Notes under the pieces: model-generated
Database searches by the model: none
What the model was told of the DNA's origin: nothing
The model's input: the letters and a program-made list of their open reading frames with translations, nothing else
Program-made: the position numbers and the translations under genes
NCBI GenBank assembly: GCA_038245785.1
Contig: JBBRSB010000014.1
Coordinates: 1-64,000 of the forward strand
Source of the DNA: Gloeobacterales cyanobacterium
Lineage (GTDB): Bacteria; Cyanobacteriota; Cyanobacteriia; Gloeobacterales; PMM-0068
Length of the DNA stretch: 64,000 bases
Reading direction: 5' to 3'
Part shown: piece by piece, positions 1-9,610 of the stretch
How positions within the stretch are numbered: position 1 is the first letter of the stretch
Layout of the letters: every line of letters starts with the position of its first letter

Positions 1-1
1 G

Positions 2-337
2 CCGGTAGCAGGCACGATGATGGTTGAGCCCACGGAAAGCGAATCTAAAGAAGAATTGGACCGCTTCTGTGACGCGATGATTGCCATCCGCGAAGAAATT
101 CGAGCGATTGAAGAGGGTCGTTCAGACCGCAAAGATAATGCCCTCAAAAATGCTCCCCATACGGCTCAAATCCTCTTATCCGATGCATGGAACCACTCCT
201 ATTCCCGCGAACAGGCCGCCTACCCAGCACCCTGGACTCGTGAGCACAAGTTCTGGCCTGCAGTCAGTCGCATTGATAATGTCTATGGAGACCGGAACTT
301 TGTCTGTTCCTGCCTACCGATGGAAGCCTACAGCTAG
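2..337 (+). CDS. gcvP: glycine dehydrogenase (glycine cleavage P protein), 3' part only
   Basis: Frame open from window edge: [26 protein letters not shown]...[22 protein letters not shown], the conserved GcvP C-terminus. Confidence 0.96.
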   Translation, partial: PVAGTMMVEPTESESKEELDRFCDAMIAIREEIRAIEEGRSDRKDNALKNAPHTAQILLSDAWNHSYSREQAAYPAPWTREHKFWPAVSRIDNVYGDRNFVCSCLPMEAYS

Positions 338-436
338 AACCTCACCCCTTAATCCCCTCTCCTGCAGGAGAGGGGAAAAGGCCGCCTGGCCCTTTGGCCA
401 AGCCCTCACCCCTAGGCCGGCCTAGGGGTGAGGTTC
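337..436. repeat. palindromic REP/SDR-like dispersed repeat
   Basis: Terminal IR GAACCTCACCCCT/AGGGGTGAGGTTC; internal palindromes CCCCTCTCCTGCAGGAGAGGGG (354-375) and CCTCACCCCTAGGCCGGCCTAGGGGTGAGG (404-433); related copy at 23105-23210. Confidence 0.85.
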
Positions 437-955
437 CTACGCCTGAGCGGAAACCCGCCGAGAAAGCCGCCGCCAGACACTCAATATGTACTTGCGTTGG
501 ACTAATAAGTGCACGCTAATAAAGGCCATAAAGGTATAAGCCAGCCAGAAGTGAGCATTCTTAGCCAAGCCCACTACATCCTTACTTTCAGAAACGATAG
601 GAGGTAGTCCCAGACCAAAGAAAGAGACATTTTTACCCGCAAAATTAGAGAAGAGATAGCCACTAATGGGCACTACCAACATGAAGAGATACAGAGATGT
701 ATGCAACACTGTAGTTCTAAGCCAGGTTGATGTTTTTTGCGAAAAATTAGGCGAAGCCGAACGGAGGGCAATAAAGATGCGCGTGACCAAAAGCCCCATC
801 ACCAGAACACCCATAGACTTATGAAAATCGTACAAAGCGAACTTATAGGAGACTTCTTTGGGCAAGTCAGCCATATAAATACCGACAGAAAATAACAATA
901 CAAAGCAAATCGCCATAGTCCAATGCAGAAACTGCAACTGCTTATTTGCCAGCAT
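437..955 (-). CDS. cytochrome b561 family protein
   Basis: Four TM helices with heme His motifs LHWTMA, FHKSMG, LHTSLY, AHFWLAY; GGAGG RBS. Confidence 0.9.
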   Translation of the reverse strand: MLANKQLQFLHWTMAICFVLLFSVGIYMADLPKEVSYKFALYDFHKSMGVLVMGLLVTRIFIALRSASPNFSQKTSTWLRTTVLHTSLYLFMLVVPISGYLFSNFAGKNVSFFGLGLPPIVSESKDVVGLAKNAHFWLAYTFMAFISVHLLVQRKYILSVWRRLSRRVSAQA

Positions 956-1259
956 GCGAGTATTCCTCCTAGAAAGTTGACCTAAGTACGCAATTGAGAA
1001 CCAATGAACTATAAATCGACTAAGGAACGCTTTAGGGGCTTATTGGGCTTTTAGAACTGAAAACAACCATGGAACTCCTCACGGTGTCAGGCCCCAGACT
1101 TTTTAGATCCTTGCCTTATCATATCGCAACATTTTTTATTAATTGTCCATCTGGGAACAAATTCTCAAGAATATATTGGCTCCAAGCGACAAAGGGCCTA
1201 TCACAGCTTCGTTGACGAGGATATGCATGAACCTTGAGAATAGATAGCGCTAATTTTAT

Positions 1260-2138
1260 CTACTTGAATAACTGTTTTAAAACCGAAGAAGTGGAAACAA
1301 TATGTCTTTCTAGTCCTAACTGCTTAGGTTCTAGTCCCAGAGCAAGACCAATCAGTTGCGGTAAGTGCAAAATAGGAATTCCTAGTTTTCTGCCAATTAC
1401 TTTTTCTACTTCTGGCTGCCGAGAATCTAGATTTAGATGACATAGAGGACAAGGGGTGACGATGCAATCAGCTCCGGCTTCAATCGCAGAAAGTAAATGG
1501 CGACCGGCCATGCTAAAGGAGGCATTGGTTGCATAACTTGCTAGGGGCCAGCCACAGCATTGCGTGCGGCCTTCGTACTCAATTGCAGTTGCGCCTAATG
1601 CACCAAATACATCTTCCATCGAATGGGGATGATAAGGGTCTTCATAGCGTGTGATTGTCTGACCGCGCAATAAATAGCAGCCATAGAATGCGCCACATTT
1701 AAGACCAGCCAAAGACTTTTGCACTTTCTGTTTGAGTGCCTCTAGGCCATAGTCTTGGACCAAAATCCACAAAAGATGCTTTACCTCTGTGGTGCCTTGG
1801 TAGTGATGACCCTCTAAATACTGGTTGACATGGTTTCGCTGACTTTGCTCACCGTATTTCAACTTATCATTAACGCGCCCAATCACTCCTTGACAGGTAC
1901 TGCACTGGGTCATCATCGTTAACCCTAGTTCTTCAGCCAGGGCAATATTACGAGCATTGACCGTATCTTCTAAGAACTCATCGGTCTCTTTAAAAGTGCC
2001 AGAACCACAGCAGGATGCTTTTTCTAATTCAACCAATTCAATGCCTAAGGCACGAGCAATACCCGTCGTGGAATCATGAAGTTCTTTGCAGGCTCCTTTA
2101 GCTACGCAACCTGGATAGTAAGCATACTTTAAGGCCAT
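1260..2138 (-). CDS. CCG-domain HdrB-like subunit (succinate dehydrogenase anchor type)
   Basis: YYPGC, two CCG motifs (SCCGSG, QCCGWP), CSTC and CPLC; overlaps sdhB stop. Confidence 0.9.
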   Translation of the reverse strand: MALKYAYYPGCVAKGACKELHDSTTGIARALGIELVELEKASCCGSGTFKETDEFLEDTVNARNIALAEELGLTMMTQCSTCQGVIGRVNDKLKYGEQSQRNHVNQYLEGHHYQGTTEVKHLLWILVQDYGLEALKQKVQKSLAGLKCGAFYGCYLLRGQTITRYEDPYHPHSMEDVFGALGATAIEYEGRTQCCGWPLASYATNASFSMAGRHLLSAIEAGADCIVTPCPLCHLNLDSRQPEVEKVIGRKLGIPILHLPQLIGLALGLEPKQLGLERHIVSTSSVLKQLFK

Positions 2139-3115
2139 AGTTTTCCTTGGTCTTTTAAATGTTGAGAGACTACATTGATCAACGTCTTGATTTCTGCTTT
2201 TCCTTCAGAAGGTTTAAATTTCCAAGGCCAAGGCATCTTACCTTTTAGCATCATTCGAGTTCCTAAGGGAATCAAACTGGCGACCCCTTTCAGATCTCGA
2301 CCACTATTCGTTACTACCTTCAATCCAAATTTACTTTCATCAATCCATCCGTCTTCCTTGACTAGTTCCACCATCGTCCGTCGATGCCGTAGAGCCGTAG
2401 AATCTTCTATTTTTTCTTGCTGCAAAATTTCCTGCTTAATTTGAGCAATGCGGTCTAGCGGTTGTACGCCTACAGGACAAACCTCATTGCAATTAAAACA
2501 GCGGGTACAGTCCCATACTCCCCCTGGCTGGTTATATTGCTCCATCCGTTCTTGAGTGCGGTCATCGCGGTTATCCGCCATCACACGATAGGCTTTTGCT
2601 AAAGCATGAGGACCGACAAAATCATCGTTGACAGCGGCGGAGTTGCATTCGGAATAACAGGCTCCACACAGAATGCAGTTAGCGGCACTTTGAAGCTTTT
2701 CTCTTTGCTCCGGCAATTGTAAAAACTCGCGTTCAGGAATTTTACGGGAGGCTGTGGAAACATAGGGATCAATTTTTTTTAGGTTATCCCAGAACTTAGT
2801 CATGTCTACAACTAAATCTTTGATAACAGGCAGATTACCCATCGGTTGAATCAGCAATTCTGACTGATGCTCGAGTTCTTCACCAACAAGATTCTGACAG
2901 GTTAAAACAGCTCGGCCATTCACTCGCATCGAGCAGGAGCCACAGATAGCATTGCGACAGTTACGGCGATAAGCCAAAGAACCATCCTGTTCCCATTGAA
3001 TTTTGTTGAGAACATCGAGAATAGTATTGCCTTCGCTACACTCGACGGAATAGGTTTGATATTCAGGTTTACTTTCACGACTGGCTTGACGACGGATTCT
3101 AACAGAAACTTTCAT
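2129..3115 (-). CDS. sdhB: succinate dehydrogenase iron-sulfur subunit
   Basis: CRNAICGSC [2Fe-2S] motif, CILCGACYSEC, CTRCFNCNEVCP. Confidence 0.96.
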   Translation of the reverse strand: MKVSVRIRRQASRESKPEYQTYSVECSEGNTILDVLNKIQWEQDGSLAYRRNCRNAICGSCSMRVNGRAVLTCQNLVGEELEHQSELLIQPMGNLPVIKDLVVDMTKFWDNLKKIDPYVSTASRKIPEREFLQLPEQREKLQSAANCILCGACYSECNSAAVNDDFVGPHALAKAYRVMADNRDDRTQERMEQYNQPGGVWDCTRCFNCNEVCPVGVQPLDRIAQIKQEILQQEKIEDSTALRHRRTMVELVKEDGWIDESKFGLKVVTNSGRDLKGVASLIPLGTRMMLKGKMPWPWKFKPSEGKAEIKTLINVVSQHLKDQGKLWP

Positions 3116-3119
3116 GGGA

Positions 3120-4868
3120 TTAATACTTCCGCTCTTGGGGGATAAAGCGGTCAGGGTCTACCGCTTGCAAACTTAAATCAACGGGACAGGTATTGGTTTC
3201 TATCCCCGTTTTATCTGGATTGAGATAGACCAGGGAATGCTTGAGGAACTGGGCATCATTACGCTCTTGATAATCACTGCGATAATGCGCTCCTCGACTT
3301 TCTCTGCGCTGTAGGGCACTGGCTAAGATCATCTCGCCGACGGTGAATAGACTACGTAGCTCCAAAGCGGCCATCAATTCCATATTAAAGACAGGGCCGC
3401 GATCGTCCAGACTTAGATCTTGCTCGTAGCGCTCTTTTAGTTTTTGGACCTCTTGCAAACCCTGATTAATGCTTTGCTCGTCTCGGTAAATACCACAATG
3501 CTCGGTCATTGCGTCTTGCAGAGCGGTGCGGATGTCGTGAATACGGGAAGTTCCTTTCTTATTGAGGAGAGACTTGACTAACTTTTCAGCCTCTTGCACG
3601 TAGGCGGTCTCATCCAGCTTGGGCATCGGACGTTCCTTCACGTAGGCTCCAATCTTCTCCCCCGCCCGTTTTCCGAAAACCACACATTCTAGAAGTGAAT
3701 TAGACCCTAGCCGATTGGCTCCATGTACGGAGACACAGGCACATTCTCCAGCAGCAAAAAAGCCGGGAATGGGCTTGCGGTCCACCCCCATAACCTCACA
3801 GTCCACCGTGGTCGGAATACCGCCCATTGAGTAATGTACCGTAGGACGTACAGGTAGAGGCGCATCAATGCAGTCAATGCCTAAAAGTCGCATTCCTTCT
3901 TCACGGGCAAAGGGGATGCGACTGATAATTTTTTCGCGGCCCAGGTGTCGCACATCTAAGTGTACAAAAGGACCGCCTTCAATGCCGCGCCCAGCCCGCA
4001 CTTCCTGCACAATATGGCGAGAGGTAATGTCTCTAGGCGATAGCTCCATCTTGTTGTGGCTATCGCTGTAGTTCGCCATAAAGCGTTCGCCCTGATTGTT
4101 AATCAAGTAAGCCCCTTCCCCTCGGACCGCTTCGGAGATTAAAACCCCGACTGGATAGAGGCCTGTGGGATGAAATTGGACAAACTCCATATCTTGCAGG
4201 GGAAGCCCCGTCGCTGCAGTCAGACAAAGCCCGTCACCTGTGGAAGCAAAGTCATTGGAGGTGGTGTTGTATACCCGACCATAGCCCCCGGTGGCGAAGA
4301 GAACCGCCTTCGCTCGGATGACCTCTATGGCCCCAGTCTCGATACAGTAAGCAACAACGCCTTTTACTTCGCCCTCTTCATAAATGAGTTGGAGGACGTA
4401 CCATTCCAGATAAACCTTGGTCCCGAACCGCAAAAGATTGCTGACCAATTCGTGCAAAATAGCATGGCCCGTTTTATCAGCGGCATAGCAGGTGCGGCGA
4501 TAGCTATGCCCGCCGAAGGGCCGCTGAGCAATCCGACCATCCTCCAAACGGGAAAACAAAACGCCTAAGTGTTCCAGGTCGATAATCACGTCCGGAGCAG
4601 AGCGAGTGAGGACTTCCACTGCATTCTGGTCGGCTAGATAGTCGGAGCCTTTGACCGTATCAAAGGCATGGGCAAGCCAATTGTCCTCGCTGTCAACGTT
4701 CTTGAGAGTCGCCGCCATGCCTCCCTGTGCCGCCACCGAATGGGAACGGATCGGATGCACCTTGGAAATCAGTCCTACGTTGAGACCAGGTTCATTCTGG
4801 GCAATTGCGACCGCTGCACGCGATCCGGCTAATCCGCCACCAACGATGAGGACATCATGTTCCAACAT
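3120..4868 (-). CDS. sdhA: succinate dehydrogenase flavoprotein subunit
   Basis: GGGLAG FAD motif, RSHSVAAQGG covalent-FAD His, QFHPTG, HGANRLGSNSL, ESRGAH. Confidence 0.97.
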   Translation of the reverse strand: MLEHDVLIVGGGLAGSRAAVAIAQNEPGLNVGLISKVHPIRSHSVAAQGGMAATLKNVDSEDNWLAHAFDTVKGSDYLADQNAVEVLTRSAPDVIIDLEHLGVLFSRLEDGRIAQRPFGGHSYRRTCYAADKTGHAILHELVSNLLRFGTKVYLEWYVLQLIYEEGEVKGVVAYCIETGAIEVIRAKAVLFATGGYGRVYNTTSNDFASTGDGLCLTAATGLPLQDMEFVQFHPTGLYPVGVLISEAVRGEGAYLINNQGERFMANYSDSHNKMELSPRDITSRHIVQEVRAGRGIEGGPFVHLDVRHLGREKIISRIPFAREEGMRLLGIDCIDAPLPVRPTVHYSMGGIPTTVDCEVMGVDRKPIPGFFAAGECACVSVHGANRLGSNSLLECVVFGKRAGEKIGAYVKERPMPKLDETAYVQEAEKLVKSLLNKKGTSRIHDIRTALQDAMTEHCGIYRDEQSINQGLQEVQKLKERYEQDLSLDDRGPVFNMELMAALELRSLFTVGEMILASALQRRESRGAHYRSDYQERNDAQFLKHSLVYLNPDKTGIETNTCPVDLSLQAVDPDRFIPQERKY

Positions 4869-5022
4869 TATGTTTTATTGCCGTTCTATAAATTCAGACT
4901 GACAGAAGTATAGATCTCCGAACAAAGATCAAGGGGAAATAAATCTGGTAAATTCTTTAACTCTAGATTTCTTTAAGAAAAGTGTGATCTTCACCTAACG
5001 CGCGTAAATGTCTTTAACATTC

Positions 5023-5038
5023 TGTAATGCCTTATACA
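5023..5038 (+). promoter_or_regulatory. NtcA box (TGTA-N8-TACA) upstream of gdhA
   Basis: tGTAatgccttaTACa, just downstream of a TAACAT -10-like hexamer (5015-5020) and ~35 nt before the gdhA ATG. Confidence 0.65.
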
Positions 5039-5072
5039 AAAAGCTAGGACAAGAGCAGCGAGGAGTTGAACT

Positions 5073-6362
5073 ATGCTAAGGTCTTTATTTGAAGATGCCA
5101 GTCAGAAACTTGAGCAAGCCTTGCAATATTCTGTCATGTCAGAAGATGCCATTGAACGATTGAAATATCCAAAATCCAGTGTTAATGTTTCGATTCCTGT
5201 ACGGATGGATGATGGTTCGCTAAAAGTTTTTCAAGGCTATCGCGTTCGTTATGATGATACCCGTGGGCCAACGAAAGGAGGCATTCGCTATCATCCAAAA
5301 GTTTCTATGGATGAAGTTCAATCCTTAGCTTTTTGGATGACCTTTAAATGTGCCGCTTTAGGTTTGCCTTTTGGAGGCGCTAAAGGTGGGATTACGCTCA
5401 ATCCTAAAGAACTTTCTAAATTTGAGTTAGAACGTCTTAGCCGAGGCTATATCGATGCTCTGGCTGACTTTATTGGTCCAGACTTAGATATTCCTGCACC
5501 AGATGTCTACACCAATCCGATGATCATGGGCTGGATGATGGACCAATACAGTATGATTCATCGCAGAATCACCCCTGCTGTCGTAACTGGAAAACCGATT
5601 TCGATGGGAGGCAGTTTAGGCCGTGATGCAGCGACCGCTACGGGTGCATTCTTTGTAATGGAAGCGATGCTGCCTAAATTTAATATTGTGCGTTCGAATA
5701 CAACAGTGGCTATCCAAGGATTTGGGAATGCTGGAGCCAACTTAGCTGAACTGCTCTTTCAAGCTGGCTATAAAGTAGTAGCGCTTGGGGACTCTCAAGG
5801 AGCTATCTATTCTAAAGATGGTTTGGATGTGCCTAGTGTACGGCAATTCAAAGAATCCACCCGACGTGTAAAAGCTGTTTATTGTGAAGGCAGTGTCTGT
5901 AATATCGTAGACCATGAAGAAATAAGCAATGAAGAACTGCTTAAGCTGGATGTAGATATTCTGATTCCAGCTGCTTTAGAAAATCAAATTACTGAAGTCA
6001 ATGCAGCAGATATACAGGCAAAATTTATCTTTGAAGTAGCGAATGGGCCGATTAATTTTGCTGGAGATGAAATACTGAATCAAAAAGCAATTCATGTCTT
6101 CCCTGATATCCTTGTGAATGCAGGAGGGGTGACAGTTAGTTATTTTGAATGGGTCCAAAATCGCATGGGTTTTTATTGGACACTTGATGAAGTAAACAGC
6201 CGCCTCAAACAAAAAATGGTAGAAGAAGCAGAACATATATGGACTCTTAGCCAGGAAAAAGAGATTTCCTTGCGCACCGCAGCCTATGTTCATGCGCTGA
6301 ACCGTCTTGGCGAAGCCGTTAGTGCTAGAGGGACAAAAGCTTACTTCATCGAACGCATTTAA
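5073..6362 (+). CDS. gdhA: Glu/Leu/Phe/Val dehydrogenase (glutamate dehydrogenase)
   Basis: GPTKGGIRYHP, FGGAKGG, DIPAPDV, IQGFGNAG, EVANGP, PDILVNAGGVTVSYFEW. Confidence 0.94.
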   Translation: MLRSLFEDASQKLEQALQYSVMSEDAIERLKYPKSSVNVSIPVRMDDGSLKVFQGYRVRYDDTRGPTKGGIRYHPKVSMDEVQSLAFWMTFKCAALGLPFGGAKGGITLNPKELSKFELERLSRGYIDALADFIGPDLDIPAPDVYTNPMIMGWMMDQYSMIHRRITPAVVTGKPISMGGSLGRDAATATGAFFVMEAMLPKFNIVRSNTTVAIQGFGNAGANLAELLFQAGYKVVALGDSQGAIYSKDGLDVPSVRQFKESTRRVKAVYCEGSVCNIVDHEEISNEELLKLDVDILIPAALENQITEVNAADIQAKFIFEVANGPINFAGDEILNQKAIHVFPDILVNAGGVTVSYFEWVQNRMGFYWTLDEVNSRLKQKMVEEAEHIWTLSQEKEISLRTAAYVHALNRLGEAVSARGTKAYFIERI

Positions 6363-6377
6363 TATTTAATAGAATAC

Positions 6378-7589
6378 ATGGATAATCTATCGTCAAAGTC
6401 CTGGGGAACGCCCCTAACTTCCACTGCTCGCCGTCTTTTGCTTTTAGGCTCCGGGGAATTGGGCAAAGAAGTGGTGATTGAAGCCATGCGACTGGGCTTG
6501 GAAGTGATAGCTGCAGATGCTTACCCCAATGCTCCAGCGATGCAAGTTGCCCATCAGGCCCATGTCTTGGACATGTTGGACGCAGCTAGTTTGCGCCAAT
6601 TGGTAGAACTCGTAAAGCCAGATTTGATTGTCCCGGAAGTTGAAGCGATTGCGACGGCGACCCTGGTAGAACTGGAGCAGGAAGGTTGGAGGGTAATTCC
6701 TACAGCAAGAGCGACCCAACTTACTATGAATCGAGAGGGCATCCGACGGCTAGCGGCAGAAGAGCTGGGGCTCAAGACTTCTCCCTATCGCTTCGCTGAA
6801 ACTAAAGATGAATACCAGCGAGCGGTTCGAGAACTGGGGTTGCCCTGTATTGTTAAACCCGTGATGAGTTCTTCGGGCAAAGGCCAGAGCACCATTCGCA
6901 CGGAAGCGGACCTGGAAACCGCTTGGAGTTACGCGCAATCTGGAGGACGGGCTCAAGGGCAGCGCGTGATTGTAGAAGGCTTTGTTTCATTTGACACGGA
7001 GATTACACTGCTCACCGTGCGTTCTGAGGAAGGAACTGCTTTCTGTCCACCGATTGGTCATCTTCAAATCAGTGGTGACTATCGAGAGTCCTGGCAACCT
7101 TGTTTTTTGAATCCCGATACGCTGGAACAATGTCAAAAAATTGGACAACAGATCACAGAAGCTTTGGGAGGACGAGGGATTTTTGGGGTAGAGCTCTTTA
7201 TCGAAGGAAGTCCTGAAGGACCACAAACGGTTTACTTCAGTGAAGTTAGCCCCCGCCCTCACGATACGGGCATGGTAACTATGATCAGCCAAAATATGTC
7301 TGAGTTCGAATTGCATGTGCGGGCGATCACAGGTTTACCTGTAGGAGCGATCGAACTGATTAAACCAGGAGCTTCTGCCGTGATTCTGGCGTCTGAAGCT
7401 GGGGAGAATCCTAAATTTACAGGGGTAGAAAAAGCCTTAAAAGTCCCGACCAGTAAGCTCAGGCTTTTTGGTAAACTCACAGGCCGGAAAAATCGGCGGA
7501 TGGGCGTAGCGCTGGCCGTGGGAGATACGGTAGAGCAAGCGAGGGAACGGGCTAAGGCCTGTGCTGCGGAAGTGAAGGTGTTGGTGTAG
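6378..7589 (+). CDS. purT: formate-dependent phosphoribosylglycinamide formyltransferase
   Basis: [45 protein letters not shown]. Confidence 0.97.
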   Translation: MDNLSSKSWGTPLTSTARRLLLLGSGELGKEVVIEAMRLGLEVIAADAYPNAPAMQVAHQAHVLDMLDAASLRQLVELVKPDLIVPEVEAIATATLVELEQEGWRVIPTARATQLTMNREGIRRLAAEELGLKTSPYRFAETKDEYQRAVRELGLPCIVKPVMSSSGKGQSTIRTEADLETAWSYAQSGGRAQGQRVIVEGFVSFDTEITLLTVRSEEGTAFCPPIGHLQISGDYRESWQPCFLNPDTLEQCQKIGQQITEALGGRGIFGVELFIEGSPEGPQTVYFSEVSPRPHDTGMVTMISQNMSEFELHVRAITGLPVGAIELIKPGASAVILASEAGENPKFTGVEKALKVPTSKLRLFGKLTGRKNRRMGVALAVGDTVEQARERAKACAAEVKVLV

Positions 7590-7632
7590 GACCCTTGACC
7601 CGCTCCGCACGACCTGCGGTCTACATCCCTAG

Positions 7633-7658
7633 CCCGCCTGCGGCGTCCCGCAGGCGGG
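7633..7658. terminator. GC-rich hairpin between convergent purT and ndhH
   Basis: CCCGCCTGCGG-cgtc-CCGCAGGCGGG, 11-bp perfect stem. Confidence 0.6.
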
Positions 7659-7666
7659 TGATTATT

Positions 7667-8848
7667 TTAGCGATCCACTTCACCCATGATGATATCGACA
7701 GAACCCAAAATAGCCATCAGGTCCGCCAGCTTCATGCCTTTCACGATGTCAGGCAACACCTGCAGGTTGATAAAGCCAGGTGGACGAACCTTCCAACGCC
7801 AGGGGCTCATCGAACCATCGGACACCATATAGATACCGAGTTCACCTTTCGGCGCTTCCACTTTGATGTAATGTTCACCTGCCGGAATCTTAAAGTTGGG
7901 AGAAGACTTCTTGCCGATGAACTGGTAATCGGGACCATTCCATTCAGATTTAGGTCCACCGGCGATCCGCTGAGCCTCCAAATTTTCGTAGGGACCACCG
8001 GGAATCATATCTAGACACTGCTCGACAATCTTGACCGATTCACGCAGCTCTTGCATGCGAATGAAGTAGCGGGCCAAACAGTCGCCTTCTGCTCTCCAGG
8101 CAACTTCGAAATCCAGTTCGGGATAGACTTCATAGGGTTCTGCACGGCGCAGGTCATAGGGAACGCCAGAAGCGCGCAGCATCGGCCCTGAGAGCCCCCA
8201 GTTAATGGCATCTTCCTGAGCAATCACGCCAATCCCTTCTACCCGGTTACGAAAAATCGGGTTTTTGGTGATCAGACGGTCATACTCTTCTAAACGAGCG
8301 GGCAGATAGTTACAAAAATCTCGGCACTTGTTGACCCAACCATAGGGCAGGTCAGCGGCTACTCCTCCGATCCGGAAGTAGTTATGCATCATCCGCATAC
8401 CCGTCGCCGCTTCAAACAGGTCATAGACCAGTTCCCGCTCTCGGAAACAGTAGAAAAAGGGCGTGTTGGCCCCAATATCAATCATGAACGGACCGAGCCA
8501 TAGCAGGTGCGAAGCAATCCGCGAAAGCTCCATCATGATTACCCGGATAAAGCTGGCCCGCCGAGGAATCTGGACATCAGCCATCTGTTCCGGAGCCATC
8601 ACCGTTACGGCTTCGGTGAACATGGTAGCCAAATAGTCCCAACGGGTAACGTAGGGCAAATATTGGACGATTGTCCGATTCTCCGCAATTTTCTCCATGC
8701 CCCGGTGAAGATAGCCCAAAACAGGCTCACAGTCTTCCACGTTCTCCCCATTCAGGGTGACAATCAGCCGCAAGACCCCGTGCATGGAGGGGTGGTGGGG
8801 ACCAAGACTAAGGACCATCCGGTCGGCACGGGTTTCAATCATGGACAT
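7667..8848 (-). CDS. ndhH: NAD(P)H-quinone oxidoreductase subunit H
   Basis: [26 protein letters not shown]-terminal [12 protein letters not shown]. Confidence 0.97.
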   Translation of the reverse strand: MSMIETRADRMVLSLGPHHPSMHGVLRLIVTLNGENVEDCEPVLGYLHRGMEKIAENRTIVQYLPYVTRWDYLATMFTEAVTVMAPEQMADVQIPRRASFIRVIMMELSRIASHLLWLGPFMIDIGANTPFFYCFRERELVYDLFEAATGMRMMHNYFRIGGVAADLPYGWVNKCRDFCNYLPARLEEYDRLITKNPIFRNRVEGIGVIAQEDAINWGLSGPMLRASGVPYDLRRAEPYEVYPELDFEVAWRAEGDCLARYFIRMQELRESVKIVEQCLDMIPGGPYENLEAQRIAGGPKSEWNGPDYQFIGKKSSPNFKIPAGEHYIKVEAPKGELGIYMVSDGSMSPWRWKVRPPGFINLQVLPDIVKGMKLADLMAILGSVDIIMGEVDR

Positions 8849-8941
8849 AGAGCGGTCGGCCTCTATAAGTATCGCTACCTCCTATGATATCCCTGACTTG
8901 GGCTGGCATCGGTTGATTTATAGAAGCTTCGGCTTAATTAC

Positions 8942-9442
8942 CTAACCAACCACCTTCCGATAACCTGTGTACCCCATTCCCAAAAGCGTCACGATTAACA
9001 TAAGGAAAAGGGAAAAAGGAATATAAGAGAAAAATACAATATGAATGCGCGACATCAGCCAGGAAAGAGCGAGAAAGACTCCTGTCATGATGGCGAAGCC
9101 TTGGATTGTCCGAAAAGCAGGAATGTCCCTTAGAGGTAGACGATACCGAGAGAGCCAAAGCGAGGTAGCAAAGTAGTAAACCGGAGCCAAGAGGAGCATC
9201 ACATCCGCTTGTCGAATGACCTGCTGCCATCCGCCGGTACTCGTTGCATAGACTAGATAGCCAGCCCCCATAAGTAAGCTCAACACGGCTACTCCCAAAT
9301 TAAGACTTAGAATAAAAGGTTCCTCCCGCTTCCCTGGAATAATGACGCACAGGAAATAGGCAAGCCACGGAGCCAAGAAAAGGGCTGGGACGAGTATCGC
9401 CCGATATTGCACCAACTCCAGGAATAAGGTTTCCAGCGTCAT
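8942..9442 (-). CDS. hypothetical membrane protein
   Basis: 166-aa ORF with about five hydrophobic segments filling the gap. Confidence 0.75.
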   Translation of the reverse strand: MTLETLFLELVQYRAILVPALFLAPWLAYFLCVIIPGKREEPFILSLNLGVAVLSLLMGAGYLVYATSTGGWQQVIRQADVMLLLAPVYYFATSLWLSRYRLPLRDIPAFRTIQGFAIMTGVFLALSWLMSRIHIVFFSYIPFSLFLMLIVTLLGMGYTGYRKVVG

Positions 9443-9559
9443 AGAGAGTAAAAGTTCAAGGAATGGCTCAGCTCTATTTTGCCCGTTAAATTGCTATAGG
9501 CCTCTGCTTCGGGCTACTATTTCCTATTCTAATAAACCACACTGTATTTCTTGAACCAT

Positions 9560-9581
9560 AAAAAAGGGGGCTGGGCCCCCT
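9560..9581 (-). terminator. intrinsic terminator of rpoC1C2
   Basis: On minus strand AGGGGGC-cca-GCCCCCT followed by a T run, ~30 nt after rpoC2 stop. Confidence 0.75.
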
Positions 9582-9610
9582 CCATTATCGAAGCTCTTAC
9601 ACTCCGTTAT

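Noticed and set aside
4983..4994. TGTGA...TCAC as a CRP site
   Set aside because: Spacer is 3 nt rather than 6.
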